Positions 38,900-52,300 are shown, counted from the whole stretch's first letter. The stretch: DNA of 63,778 nucleotides, filler included, from Welwitschia mirabilis (GCA_051453625.1; 4 parts of one record of this genome joined end to end with filler, not necessarily neighbours in it); one strand, 5' to 3'. The notes: generated by a model from the sequence alone, not told the origin. Numbers and translations are program-made.

Positions 38900-41800
38900 T
38901 TAAGTGGGTGATGTTGTAAAAGTAAAGTGGATTTGATTTTATTTTCAATGTTCAAATAATCATCACCCAAATCCTTCTCAGTTGTATCAAAGACTCTAAT
39001 GGTAAATGTTCTATTGCTATAATGACATTTCATTATTCCTGCTCTTGTATTAATAATGCAATAGGCTATTGCACAAAAGGCTCTACCTTGAAGTAAAGGA
39101 TATCCTACGTTATGTTCAACTTCTATGATAATCACATCAATGGAGTATTAAGTCTTCTCAATTTGTATTGCCAAATTTTTAATGATGCCTAACGTTTTCC
39201 TAACTAATGTATCTGCTAATTCTAAGACAATCAACGTAAGCTCTATTCTATCCTCCAAACCAAGTCTCTTATAAATATGAAGTGGCATAACATTAACACT
39301 CATTCCAATGTCAATCAAAGCTTTCCTTATCTTTGTTTTTTCTGTATAGTAACATTCATTATTGNNNNNNNNNNNNNNNNNNNNNNNNNNNNNNNNNNNN
39401 NNNNNNNNNNNNNNNNNNNNNNNNNNNNNNNNNNNNNNNNNNNNNNNNNNNNNNNNNNNNNNNNATTAACACTCATTCCAATGTCAATCAAATCTTTCCT
39501 TATCTTTGTTTTTTCTGTATAGTAACATTCATTATTGCTGCTCTTGGATCTTTAAATTTGGGTAATTTTTGTAACACTAAATTTATGAGGGACTAGACAA
39601 TAAACACCTTACTAGGGATGACTTATTTTTGTTTTTTTCTGATTAAGTCTTTTTATAGTTTTAAGTACCTCGGATTTTCTTGTAAAACTTTCCAAAAAGG
39701 TAAGTTTATTCTTACATTTTTCATCAAGGCTTTTAAATGATCNNNNNNNNNNNNNNNNNNNNNNNNNNNNNNNNNNNNNNNNNNNNNNNNNNNNNNNNNN
39801 NNNNNNNNNNNNNNNNNNNNNNNNNNNNNNNNNNNNNNNNNNNNNNNNNNNNNNNNNNNNNNNNNNNNNNNNNNNNNNNNNNNNNNNNNNNNNNNNNNNN
39901 NNNNNNNNNNNNNNNNNNNNNNNNNNNNNNNNNNNNNNNNNNNNNNNNNNNNNNNNNNNNNNNNNNNNNNNNNNNNNNNNNNNNNNNNNNNNNNNNNNNN
40001 NNNNNNNNNNNNNNNNNNNNNNNNNNNNNNNNNNNNNNNNNNNNNNNNNNNNNNNNNNNNNNNNNNNNNNNNNNNNNNNNNNNNNNNNNNNNNNNNNNNN
40101 NNNNNNNNNNNNNNNNNNNNNNNNNNNNNNNNNNNNNNNNNNNNNNNNNNNNNNNNNNNNNNNNNNNNNNNNNNNNNNNNNNNNNNNNNNNNNNNNNNNN
40201 NNNNNNNNNNNNNNNNNNNNNNNNNNNNNNNNNNNNNNNNNNNNNNNNNNNNNNNNNNNNNNNNNNNNNNNNNNNNNNNNNNNNNNNNNNNNNNNNNNNN
40301 NNNNNNNNNNNNNNNNNNNNNNNNNNNNNNNNNNNNNNNNNNNNNNNNNNNNNNNNNNNNNNNNNNNNNNNNNNNNNNNNNNNNNNNNNNNNNNNNNNNN
40401 NNNNNNGTCCTCTTTCTCTTCTTCTTCATCATTTTTATTTTGGGAGGTGGAAGGTTCATTTAGAGGAGGGTTTGTTTCTTGTCCACTTCTTGGCACAACC
40501 TTACAATCTTTTCTTAGTTCATTTGGATTTGGTAAAGGTTGTATTGCTAAAGTACTTTGGGGTCTTTGATTTGTTAAAATTGTTTGTTGAAAGATGTTTG
40601 CCATGTTCTCTATGTTAACATTTATTTTTCTAAGTTCATCCATAAGATTTGTGAGTTGATCATTTAGATATTGAAAGTTTGATAGACTTAGCAGGCAGTT
40701 TGTATTTTCAAATCGGTTTCTAAAAGGTTGAAAATTATTTTGAAAATGAATGTTTAACCTTGATTGTGCTTAATGGAAGTTTTGATTTTGTTAGTTAAAA
40801 GTACAAACTTCTTCTCATATTCTTTCTTTATATGTTACCAAAAGAGGACAGTTTTTAGTGATATGGTAATTATCTTCACATAAGTCATAAGTTTTTATAA
40901 CATTTCTTTTAGTCGCAGTTTTAGCATCTAGGATTATTTTTGTATACTTTTTGAAGGTGATTGTAAAATCTTTTATATAATTTGTAGGGTTGTCTTATAC
41001 CTATTTTTATTGCTTCACCTATTTTAAGTCCTTGATGAGTTGGCCTACCATTTAATTTTCTTTAGGTATTAACCAAGTTTTACTAACCTCCACAAGTTCT
41101 TTTAGCTTTGTCCAGGCATCTTCTAAATTAAAGTTCATGAGGTTTTCATCACAAGAGAAATGTATAAGTTGTTTTGTGTGGGGAGTCAATCCACTATAAA
41201 AATGATCTAGTTGTTCTACTCTTAAAAAGGCATGTACTAGATTAGAGTGGACTACTATAGAGAAATATCCATAAGTACAGGCATAATCTTCATTTGGTTT
41301 TTATTGGAAATTTGTTACCTCTTTTTTTTTTTCTTATAATTTCTTTACTCAGGAATCTCTTTACAAAGGTTTCTCGAACTTGATCCCATGTTTTTAGGCA
41401 TTTGCGGGGTATAGTTTTTAGCCAAAGTTTTACCCTACCCTTTAATGTCATGGGAAAGATTACCATATATGTTTTATCTTTTTTTCTTCTTCCCATTTCC
41501 TGAGGTAAGGATAAGTTGTTCAATATCTCCAATGTATTGAAAGAATCCTCATTGTCTTCTCCACTAAAAGTTGGGTAGCCATGTAAATTTTTAAGCTCGA
41601 TATCATTTCTTAGACGTAGATCAAAAGGTATTTGAATTTCTCTTTTCTTATTGTCTAACAATTCCATAAGGGTAAGGTTTGCATTAGGGGTAGAAGATCC
41701 TATGACTTGTTTTTGTTTACGGAAGGCACTTGACATTGTAGATTGGTTTTCTTCTTCTATAGGTTTTTCATTAATAAAATCTGATTCACAAAAAATAAAT

Positions 41801-41940
41801 TCAGGAGGAGGTTTGAGTGCATTTGGAGATTGCTCTTCTAATTCGTTTTCTATTTCCACTAACCTTTTTTGATGTTTGTTTCTATTAACTGCTTTTCTAT
41901 GAGATATTTCTTCTCTAAGTTGACCATATCACAGCATCCT
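38900..41940 (-). pseudogene. Athila-like gag + aspartic protease, disrupted and gapped
   Basis: YPTFSGEDNEDSF..IFPMTLKGRVKLWLKTIPRKCLKTWDQVRETFVKRF (Retrotrans_gag-like); LAIQPLPNP..CKVVPRSGQE; PKFKDPRA..ALIDIGMSVNVMPLHIYKRLGL..LELAD..PLLQGRAFCA (protease region). Confidence 0.88.
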
Positions 41941-42417
41941 ATAAATAACAAACAACAGAAAATAGATTAAAAATAATGAACCATCATCCTGTTTGTCATG
42001 AGGATGATAGAAAAGACGATGCACATAGAAATAGAAAAGTAGAAATAGAACTAAAACTAAAACAGAAAGCAAAAAATACAAAAAAAATGCATGTCATCCA
42101 CTTGGTCATCCAGACATCACAGAAGATGATAGAAACTAATTTATTTTAGAAAAATTGCAATCCAAAAATAAAACCAAAGAAAAAAATAATACACTGTCAT
42201 CCTAACTATCGTGGGACGATAGAGGCAACAACCACATTGTTTTACAGAAAACTAAAACTAAAAAACTGAAACTGAAAAATAGCACATAGAAAACCTATAG
42301 ATCCTAATAAAATAAACGTTACTATAGACAAATAACAGAACTGAGGTCCGATATACTTAACTGAATGATGATAATCCTTGTACTCCTCAATAGACTTCTC
42401 GAGTAATGGTGCCAATT

Positions 42418-43507
42418 TGTTGTGGTGTGTATTTGTGCAAGCTTTTATGTTTAAAAAGATAATGTCATTAATAATCAAAATAGATATTTTGCACAATACA
42501 TCATACTAGTATAATGGGAGTTAACTCAAAATGTCATATCCACATTGAAGTCTATGAGTATGAGACTTAGGTTACTTCGCAAATGAACTAGAAACCAAAA
42601 TAAATAACAAATGCAAGAAAAATGAAGATACAATGCAAGATGCAAAGTGCAATCTAAACTAACATGCAATGCAAAAATATCCCTACCTCTACTTGCTTTT
42701 AGCCTTAACAAAGGCTGTCCTTGATAATCTATATCACCTAAGAAATTGTCACTAGATCAAGGGAAACATTAGACTATAAGAGTCATAAGAAAATTTAACA
42801 TGCAAACATCAAAATAAAACTAAGATTTATATTAAAAGAGTAACAAGTATCTCGATTACAAAATAGTTGGATCTCAATGGAAGATACATATCCTTCCACC
42901 AAGTGCACGTATTTCTACAATGCTCAAGATAGATCNNNNNNNNNNGATCTCCCATCCTTCACTCTCCTGTCATGAGAATATGCAATGCATCGAAGATGAG
43001 AAGGAGAGTTGAGGGGAATCTTATTTATAAGAAAATACAGCAGAAAAGAATAAATGGTAGGTGTGATTAGGCGCAGTCATATATGACTTAAAAATAGACA
43101 AAATGGTTAAGGGAATCTGTTCGAGTCAGTTAAATAACAGTGTCATTTGGGCTGTCATTTGGACTACTATGGGGATGAAAATACATTATAAAATATTCTC
43201 GAAATGATAACTCAACAGTCCACATTAGCAGTCCTCATCCTACCTGTTGTGGGGATAACAAAGGGGACGATGAACTTCTTTGATTATTTTCTTAAGGAGA
43301 AACATAGCATTTTTGTCATGCATTCTTTTTAAAAGCTTTGTTCATCAGAAAGTGCCTTTAATGCATCAAATTTGGATAAGAATCGCACTTTTAAGAGATT
43401 TCTTCTTGTATCTCCAAAATCCTCAAAATTCCACCTAAACCTATATATAAGTCCTACAAAAGAACTCATAAAACCCCATTAAATAACTGTAAATTAGTAG
43501 CGCAACA
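42418..43507 (-). repeat. 5' LTR (~1090 bp)
   Basis: Minus strand TGTTGCGC...CACACCACAACA, followed by the PBS. Confidence 0.9.
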
Positions 43508-44668
43508 ATGATGAACTCAAATTAAAAGTAAATAGGATTTCATTATTCCTTAAGGTCATGACATGATACTAAAGCTACAAGGATTGGTTATTAAAAGATA
43601 GTATAAAATCAAAAAGAGTTTGAGGTAGAATTCAATATTATAAAGGTGATGAGGAGTTAATCCGATGATAATAGAAAGATATTGGAATGTTAAATCTAGT
43701 TTACAATTAATTTCACATGTTATGGATAATCATGATTCTAATTATGTCTAAAATTTTATAACAATTACATGTTGAGTATAGTCTGTTTTAATTTTAAAGA
43801 CCTACTAACATAGAAAAGATAGATTATCAAATATGAAATGCATTAATGATTATAAAAATAAACATAGAGCCATGAAAACAAATGTTAATAATAATTAAAA
43901 ACGTCATTGTTAAGAGCTTTAAGGTCTCATGCTCATATCCTGTAATGTATGGGTTGGCTTATTATTTATGTTCACATATTTAAGGCACTCTTATTTGAAT
44001 AATTCAACATCTTAGGTATAAATAATAGCAATATTTAGACATTTGGTATCTAGTTCTATGGCTAGTAATAATTATCCATGAGTTTTCACTTAATCAAAAG
44101 TGCACTCTATTTTTTCATGAATTAACTTCCTTTTTTAAAAAAAAGAAAGGAAATAATAAAAAGAATTATATATAAATACCAACATCAAATACTAGTCTTC
44201 TACTACAATTAATTATGATCCATAACTATAATAATAAGATAAAGATACTAGATAAATACATCCTTAGCTTCCTATATTAAAGAACTAATACCTAGTTGGA
44301 AGGGCTTACATGGCCATGATCCTTCTAAAATTAGAATTAAAAAATGATTTAATCATAAGATAAAATCAAGATAATTTAGGACATCCTCTTCACAAGAATG
44401 ACATTAGCTTATATAGTTATAAGATGTAGGCATATTTCCACCTAAGTATAAATGGTATAAAATAATATTTCCACTTAAGAAGAATAATGTATGCATTTAT
44501 AGATATTCAACAATTTTTATTTTCATATTATTGAGCTATTTAACATATAATTGTAATCCATAAGTTAATATGAAGTTATTTCCAAAGTTTAGCTCTAATT
44601 CCAATTTGTGACTATAAAAATAAATTAAATTTNNNNNNNNNNAATTCCAAATCTTCCTAATGCTATTC

Positions 44669-44671
<3 letters not shown>

Positions 44672-44735
<64 letters not shown>
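44672..44735. repeat. Compound microsatellite (TA)24(GA)8
   Basis: Directly visible. Confidence 0.95.
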
Positions 44736-46220
44736 CCTTGATTTTACCTATTTGTTTATTGATTTAAAGTAATATAAAATAGTATAATTATATTTTAAGC
44801 TTTAGGCCCTAATCTAATTTCATAGGTATAATGTAATAAATATCCATAGTGAGATGATAAAATAAATAAAATTAAGAAGTTAAAATATATAAATTTCATT
44901 TATTAACATGTATAATATGCAACATTATTTAAGAATACTACATGATTTATGAAGTACAACTATTTTAAAAATAAGCAAATCATTTAAAGATAAATTTGTA
45001 ACCCATTTTAAAGATACCTGATTTAGATATTGATATCATTAGTTAGCATTTAACTTTTACAATTTAAAGATAAATATGTACATGGTTATACTTTAAGTAT
45101 GCATAAGAATCAGGAAAACAGAAAAAAGGATCAAATTTTAAGGAACAATAAAAAAGTATACGTGTGAGGCTACAAATGATAACATTCTTATCAAGTTTTA
45201 ATATATAATTAGCAAAATAGGAAAAATGATTATCCTATATATAAATTTATTTTTTTGAATCTATATATGTTAAAATAAATAATTTTATTTTAAGAAATAA
45301 TATACAGATAAGTTACATATTTGGGAAAAAGAGAGGGAAAAGAGAAAACAAAAAGGAAGACATTGTGTTGGATGCAAGATGTGCATGGATATAAGTGAAA
45401 AATAACATATCATCTCAAATAATACATAAGATAAAGTACATTAACAAATGTAACTAACAAATAGCATAACATAACAAACATATTATAATATGTCTAAAGT
45501 AAATAAACTCTAGTGTAATATGTTAACAAAAATTAACTTTAACAATCATACAATATTTTTTTAAAGTATCAATATTTTAGTTATATAATGAAAATGCATA
45601 AATAGGTTACACTTGTTGAATTATAAGCGAAGTTATATGTGTGTAGTTAATTTTTAATTTTATTCTTTTGCTAAATATTCAAAATGATATGTAACATTAC
45701 ATCATTAGGATACTAGATAAAAAAGGTACGCATATGTTTTAAAGGTATTTGTTAAGTAGAGTAAGAATTTCAGAGGTAGTTCGAAGTGAAAGAATTTCAG
45801 AGGTAGTTCGAAGTGATCTAAGATTTTAGATAATTTTGGTAAATAATGATCTTCAAGTTTTTTTAGATCTTTGATATATTGCATTGACAACATGTAAGTA
45901 TATTTTTACCATCTTAGATCAATTTTTCACTAATTTGGATATCTTGATTGACTCAAATTTAAAACTAAGTTATGAAACCTTAATGATGAAAATTTTTAAT
46001 CACTAGAGCTTTAATTTTTACACATGGAAACATTGTAATATCTGTGTTTAATGTCCAAAAGTGTATGAGGATTAAGTTTAATATCAAAAAAGTCTCATTA
46101 AAAATTTTCTATTAGTTGGAAACCGTCCTTATATCAAAAAATAAGGGACAAGTGTAATCAAATTTAGGAGTTATGAAAATCACATGAATTCATTGCTCTC
46201 TTTAAAATGATATGTTATCT

Positions 46221-46419
46221 TTTTTTATTTTCTTTTCTTTTTTTTTTTGTTTAGAAAGTATTAGCTAGTAGGTAGGTATGTATCACACAGATGCCCAATG
46301 GTGCTCAAGCCCATGTAATTCTTTCAAATTATGCACCCCTACCAATGTGAATGTTTGAATTCAAAATCCCAGGTTTACTATGTCCCAAACTTAACCATTA
46401 TGGTAATTGATTTCGAATA
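46221..46419 (-). mobile_element. tRNA-derived SINE-like element, copy 1
   Basis: Minus strand has an A-box-like TACCATAATGGTTAA (46391-46405), a B-box-like GAATTCAAAC (46353-46362) and an A-rich tail (46221-46250). TSD-like ATATGTTATCT (46210-46220) / ATGTGCTATCT (46420-46430). Confidence 0.7.
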
Positions 46420-47985
46420 ATGTGCTATCTTTGTATTCAATAAACATGAGGACAAAATTCATGTTATTTTTAAATAGTTAATATTTTTTTTGGTAGATAA
46501 GGCCTCATACTCATATAATGACCTTTCACCATGAAAGAAAAAATTGTATATAAGAAAATGTCTTATTGGTTTCAAATTGTAAACCCAAATATAGAAAGTT
46601 ATAATTTTAAATTTATGTAATAAATCATGGAATCCCTAGGTAGGATTATAAAACTAGATTATTTAGCAATGTATGAGATAGATGGTTGTAGCTAAAATCT
46701 ACATTTATAAAAATATTTTAAAAATAAAAAATATAAATAATTAAAAGTAGAAAATCCTTATGGCATTTCTAAAAAATTAAGATTAAATTTAAAAATGTTC
46801 TTATATTGTTATAAGGTGTAGACATATCACCACCTAAGTATAAATGGTATAAAATAATATCTCCATTTAAGAAGAATAGTGTATGCACTTAGAGATATTC
46901 AACATTTTTTATTTTCATATTATTGAGCTATTTAACATATAATTATGATCCATAAGTTAATATGAAGTTATTTCCAAAGTTTAGCTCTAATTCCAATTTG
47001 TGACTATAAAAATAAATTAAATTTCTAAAGCATAATTCCAAATCTTCCTAATTCTATTCAACATCGTGTATATATATTTATATATATCTTGATTTTACCT
47101 ATTTGTTAATTCATTTAAAGTAATATAAAATAGTATAAATATATTTTAGACTTTAGGCCCTAACCTAATTTCATAGGCATAATGTAATAAATATCCAGAG
47201 TAAGATGATAAAATAAATAAAATTAAGAAGTTAAAATATATAAATTTCATGTATTAACATGTATAATATGCAATATTATTTAAGAGTACTACTTTATTTA
47301 TGAAGTACAACTATTTTAAAAATAATCAAATCAGTGAAAGATAACTTTGTAACCCACTTTAAAGATACTTCATTTAGATATTAATATCATTAGTTAGCAT
47401 TTAATTTTTACAATTTAAAGATAAATATGTGTAGGGTTATACTTTAAGTATGTATAAGAATCAGGAAGAAAAACATGAAAGGATTAAATTTTAAGGAAGA
47501 ATAAAAAAATATAGATGTGAGACTATGGATGATAGCATTCTTTCAAGTTTTAATATATAATTACCAAAATAGGAAAAAATGATAATCCTATATATAATTT
47601 TACTTTTTTTTTAAATCTATATATGTTAAAATAAATAATTTTATTTTAAAAAATAACATCTAGAAAAGTTACATATTTGGGAAAAAGATAGGAAAAAGAG
47701 AAAACAAAAAGGAAGACATTGTATTAGATGCAAGATGTGCATGGATATAAGTGAAAAATAACATATCATATCAAACAATACACAAGACAAAGTACATTAA
47801 CAAATGTAACTAACAAATAGCATAACATAAAAAATGTATTATGATATGTCTAAAGTAAATAAACTCTAGTGTAATATGTTAACAAAAATTAACTTTAATA
47901 GTTATACAATATTTTTCTGAAGATTAATATTTTAGTTATATAATGGAAATGCATAAATAGGTTACAATTTTTGAATTATAATTAA

Positions 47986-47987
<2 letters not shown>

Positions 47988-48020
<33 letters not shown>

Positions 48021-48600
48021 NNNNNNNNNNNNNNNNNNNNNNNNNNNNNNNNNNNNNNNNNNNNNNNNNNNNNNNNNNNNNNNNNNNNNNNNNNNNNNNN
48101 NNNNNNNNNNNNNNNNNNNNNNNNNNNNNNNNNNNNNNNNNNNNNNNNNNNNNNNNNNNNNNNNNNNNNNNNNNNNNNNNNNNNNNNNNNNNNNNNNNNN
48201 NNNNNNNNNNNNNNNNNNNNNNNNNNNNNNNNNNNNNNNNNNNNNNNNNNNNNNNNNNNNNNNNNNNNNNNNNNNNNNNNNNNNNNNNNNNNNNNNNNNN
48301 NNNNNNNNNNNNNNNNNNNNNNNNNNNNNNNNNNNNNNNNNNNNNNNNNNNNNNNNNNNNNNNNNNNNNNNNNNNNNNNNNNNNNNNNNNNNNNNNNNNN
48401 NNNNNNNNNNNNNNNNNNNNNNNNNNNNNNNNNNNNNNNNNNNNNNNNNNNNNNNNNNNNNNNNNNNNNNNNNNNNNNNNNNNNNNNNNNNNNNNNNNNN
48501 NNNNNNNNNNNNNNNNNNNNNNNNNNNNNNNNNNNNNNNNNNNNNNNNNNNNNNNNNNNNNNNNNNNNNNNNNNNNNNNNNNNNNNNNNNNNNNNNNNNN

Positions 48601-48671
<71 letters not shown>
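47988..48671. repeat. Long (TG)n microsatellite spanning a gap
   Basis: Pure TG on both sides of N 48021-48600; true length unknown. Confidence 0.9.
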
Positions 48672-48673
<2 letters not shown>

Positions 48674-49223
48674 TTAATTTTTAATTTTATTCTTTTGCTA
48701 AATATTCAACATGATATGTAACATTACATCATTAGGATACTAGATAAAAAAAGTAAGCATATGTTTAAAAGGTATTTGTATAAGTAGAGTAATAATTTCA
48801 AAGGAATTTCAAAGTAATCTAAGATTTTAGACAATTTTTGTAAATAATGATCTTCAATTTTTTATAGATCTTTGATTTATTGCATTGACAACATGTAAGT
48901 ATATTTTTACCATCTTAGATAAAATTTTCACTACGTTTGGATGTCTTAGTCAATTCAATTTAAAATTAAGGTATGAAATCATAATGATGAAAATTTCAAA
49001 TCATTAGAGCTTTAATTTTTACACATGGAAACATAGTAATGTCTATGTTTAATGTCCAAAACCGTATGAGGATTAAGTTTAATTTTAATATCAAAAAAGT
49101 CTCATTGACAAATTTCTATTTGTTGGAAGTCATCCTTATATCAAAAAAGGAGGAACAGGTGCAATTAAATTTAGGAGTTTTGAAATTCATATGAACTCAT
49201 TGCTCTCTTTGAAATGATATGTT

Positions 49224-49391
49224 GAGAAAGTAATGGCTAGTAGGCAGGTATGTATCACACAAATATCCAATGATGCTTAGGCCCATGTAATTATTTTAAA
49301 TTATGCACTCCTACCAATGTGAATGTTTGAATTCGAAATCTTAGGTTTAGTATGTCCAAACCTTAACCCTTATGGTAATTGATTTTGGATA
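49224..49391 (-). mobile_element. SINE-like element, copy 2 (duplicated with the segment; A-tail absent)
   Basis: Aligns to 46250-46419; GATATGTT joins directly to GAGAAAGT with no poly-T. Confidence 0.7.
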
Positions 49392-52300
49392 ATATGCTAT
49401 CTTTATATTCAATAAACATGAGGACAAAATTCATGTTTTTTTTTTAAATAGTTAATTTTTTTCGTAGATGAGGCCTCAGACTCATATAATAACCTTTCAT
49501 CATGAAAGAAAAATTGTATTTAAGAAAATATCTTATTGTTTTCAAAATGTAAACCCAAATCTAGAAAGTTATAATTTAAAATTTATGTAATAAATTATGC
49601 AATCCCTAAGTAGGATTATAAAACTAGATTATTTAGCAATGTATGAGATAGATGGTTGTAGCTAAAATCTACACTTAGAAAAATATTTTAAAAAATAAAA
49701 AATTAAATAATTAAAAGTGAAAAGTCCTTATGGCATTTTAAAAAATTAAGATTAAATTTTAAAATATTTTACTATAACGATATCACTATGCTTAATAAGG
49801 TCACTTATCATCTACATGTAGATGTCAACAAAATATGACTTTAAAGGAATCAAAATTGAAAAAGAATAGCTATCAAGAGATCAAATAGAAAGAAGTAAAA
49901 AAGGATTCCCAGAATCTATATTTGTAAAAACTTATGTTTACTTCTCAAGTTATCTTCAACATTCTAGAATAAGTTGATGTAGAAATAATGTAATATGCAA
50001 TAGAAAATAATAGAGAAGTAGGAAAATAAAGAGAAAATATATTACACAAAAATTAAAATTATAGAAAAAAAAAGAAAACAAAAATTTTGTAATTCAAAGT
50101 ATACAATTTTAACTTCTAGGTCTTAGTTTGTAATACTCTAAATGAGTACTTATATTAAATTTCATGATTACAAAAGACTTTAAAAATGCATAAAATAAGA
50201 GACTTATTAGGAGTAAGTTATGAATTTAGGAAATATAAATTTTGAGACATATTTTATTCTTATTTTCATTTTTCTTTTTACTATTATTTATAAATTCCTA
50301 TACTCTTTAAAATTCTAGTTGAAAGATCTTCATTTAAGTTTAAATTTTCATTTACCCCTACATCATTTATCCAGGTAGAAAATAATCTTGTATCTTTGAT
50401 ATGTTAATCAGATCTAATTATCTTTATTTTTCACTGACCCATTTAGAATATAAATCACATGCAACTTTTATCTTGATTAGGTATTCTTTACCATGTTGAT
50501 ATTTAAATCCATTTTCTTTGATATTCAATTATTTCTAGTACTTTATTTTATCCTTTGATGATAAATATTATTACTAGCTAGTATCACCATGAAAATTTGT
50601 TAAATCCTTGATATTCAAAGGGAATGACATTTTGAAGTGGCCAATGAAATCAAGAACATATGCATTATTAGAAATTTTTTACTTCACTTTGAATGTTTTA
50701 ACTTTTTTATACTAGAGATTTTTTTAGTTCTTTTCTTATACATTTTTTTGCTATATGTGTATGATGAAATCATTATTTTAAAAAGAGGCTCTCTATCTTC
50801 TTTTATTAGCATGCTCCATTAATTTGATGTTAAATTCTTAAAGTTTCTTTTTCACTTATTGATTGAAATCTATCTTTTTGAAGATTAAAATATTTCAAGT
50901 AATTAAATGCATACATAAAGATTTCAGATAGTGTTTTTGTTGTACTTTTATAAGTTTAATTGTTAAAAGAAAATTCTACCTAAGTAGTCTTTTCTTTTGA
51001 GTGCTTACGATTCCCCTTGCATAAGCATGTAAAAAGGTTGTTTCTCATTTGTTTACTAATTTAGTTTATTCATTAAGAAATAACTTAGCTAAATTAAGAA
51101 ATGCTAGTTAATACTAAGGATCTCTTTTTACCTTCCTTGCACTTTCCCTCAATTACCCACCATCTAGAACACTCTACTTATTATGATTCCCTTATTATAA
51201 ACCTATTATTATAATTAAAAGTAAAGGATAGAGAAATTTTAGTTCCCTTTTACATAATTTAAATGTGCGATAATGACATACTAGTAATGATTTACACTAC
51301 CAGCATACTAATAAAATAGTTACATTATTCTCTTAATAATGAATCATAGAAAAGCAGATATTCAAATCCCTAATGTGAAAATAATAAACAAGACTATGGA
51401 ATTTATTGGGGAAAAAATCTCCAACTAACATAGAAAAGAATCTTCAATGTTATAAATCCAATACATGGAGATGAATATTTTATAGAATTATAAATGATTA
51501 GAGAACACCCACACATTCTTTCAAATATAGTCTCTTCTTCATGATTCATTTTCATTTCTATGTATTATCTAAGAGATAAAGTTGGCCAATATCAACCTTT
51601 ATCACTTTACCTCTCATCAAATGTGAAACATTATTGTAGTTCCCAGCTTGGAAATGCATGGAGGAATGAATGATTTTAGGAAATAAATTATTGAAATTTA
51701 GAAATTTCAAATACATGGAATAACCCCAATTAACTCACAAATCTTTTAACCATAAAAAACAATGTCAAAGCAAAAACTATAAAATAATGCCATCTTAGAA
51801 GTTCAAAAAATTTATTCCAAACTCCTCCTCATCAATCATAAATTTTATTGCAAGAAGATAATTCATGTGCTTATTAACATGTCCATTTGTAATGCACAAA
51901 AGATTTAACTTATAAAACATTTATAATATATTTTCATTAATGGAAACAATCATCGAACATTACACTGAATGGTTGTATGACAAGCTTTACTTTCAAACAT
52001 CAATGTCCACTACTAATAACCAAACTGATAATATTACTTTCAAACATGAATTTTTGATACAAAGAATCAAACTAATAAGTTTCTAAACCAAATTGACAAA
52101 TTTACTTGCCAACATAAATTTTTAGACCAATAACCAAACTTCATTATAGATAATAAAGACATCTGAAGATGGGTTTTTGAAACCTAGACTTATCTGTCCA
52201 TGGTGAATTTGTTTATACAAACAACAAGAAACCACACCACCGTCTAATCATAGTTTACCTTTTCAATAATAGCAGCATCCTTAACAAGCAGTGTCTTTAA

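Larger units (their letters stand above)
35094..43507 (-). mobile_element. Non-autonomous Athila-like Ty3/Gypsy element (gag + protease, no RT/RH/INT seen)
   Basis: 5' LTR 42418-43507; truncated 3' LTR 35094-35909. PBS-like TTGGCACCATTACTCGAGA (cf. Athila TTGGCGCCGTTGCCGGGGA) at ~42397-42415. PPT GCTAAGTAGGGGGCTA at 35910-35925. TSD ATGAT at 35089-35093 and 43508-43512. Confidence 0.9.
44408..46799. repeat. Tandem segmental duplication, copy 1 (~2392 bp)
   Basis: Colinear with 46800-49770 from CTTATATAGTTATAAGATGTAG to AATTAAGATTAAATTT, with scattered substitutions and indels. Confidence 0.93.
46800..49770. repeat. Tandem segmental duplication, copy 2 (includes a TG array and a 580-N gap)
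   Basis: Colinear with 44408-46799. Confidence 0.93.

Noticed and set aside
52270..52292. GCAGCATCCTTAACAAGC resembling miR172*
   Set aside because: Only the first 8 nt match and I found no complementary arm.
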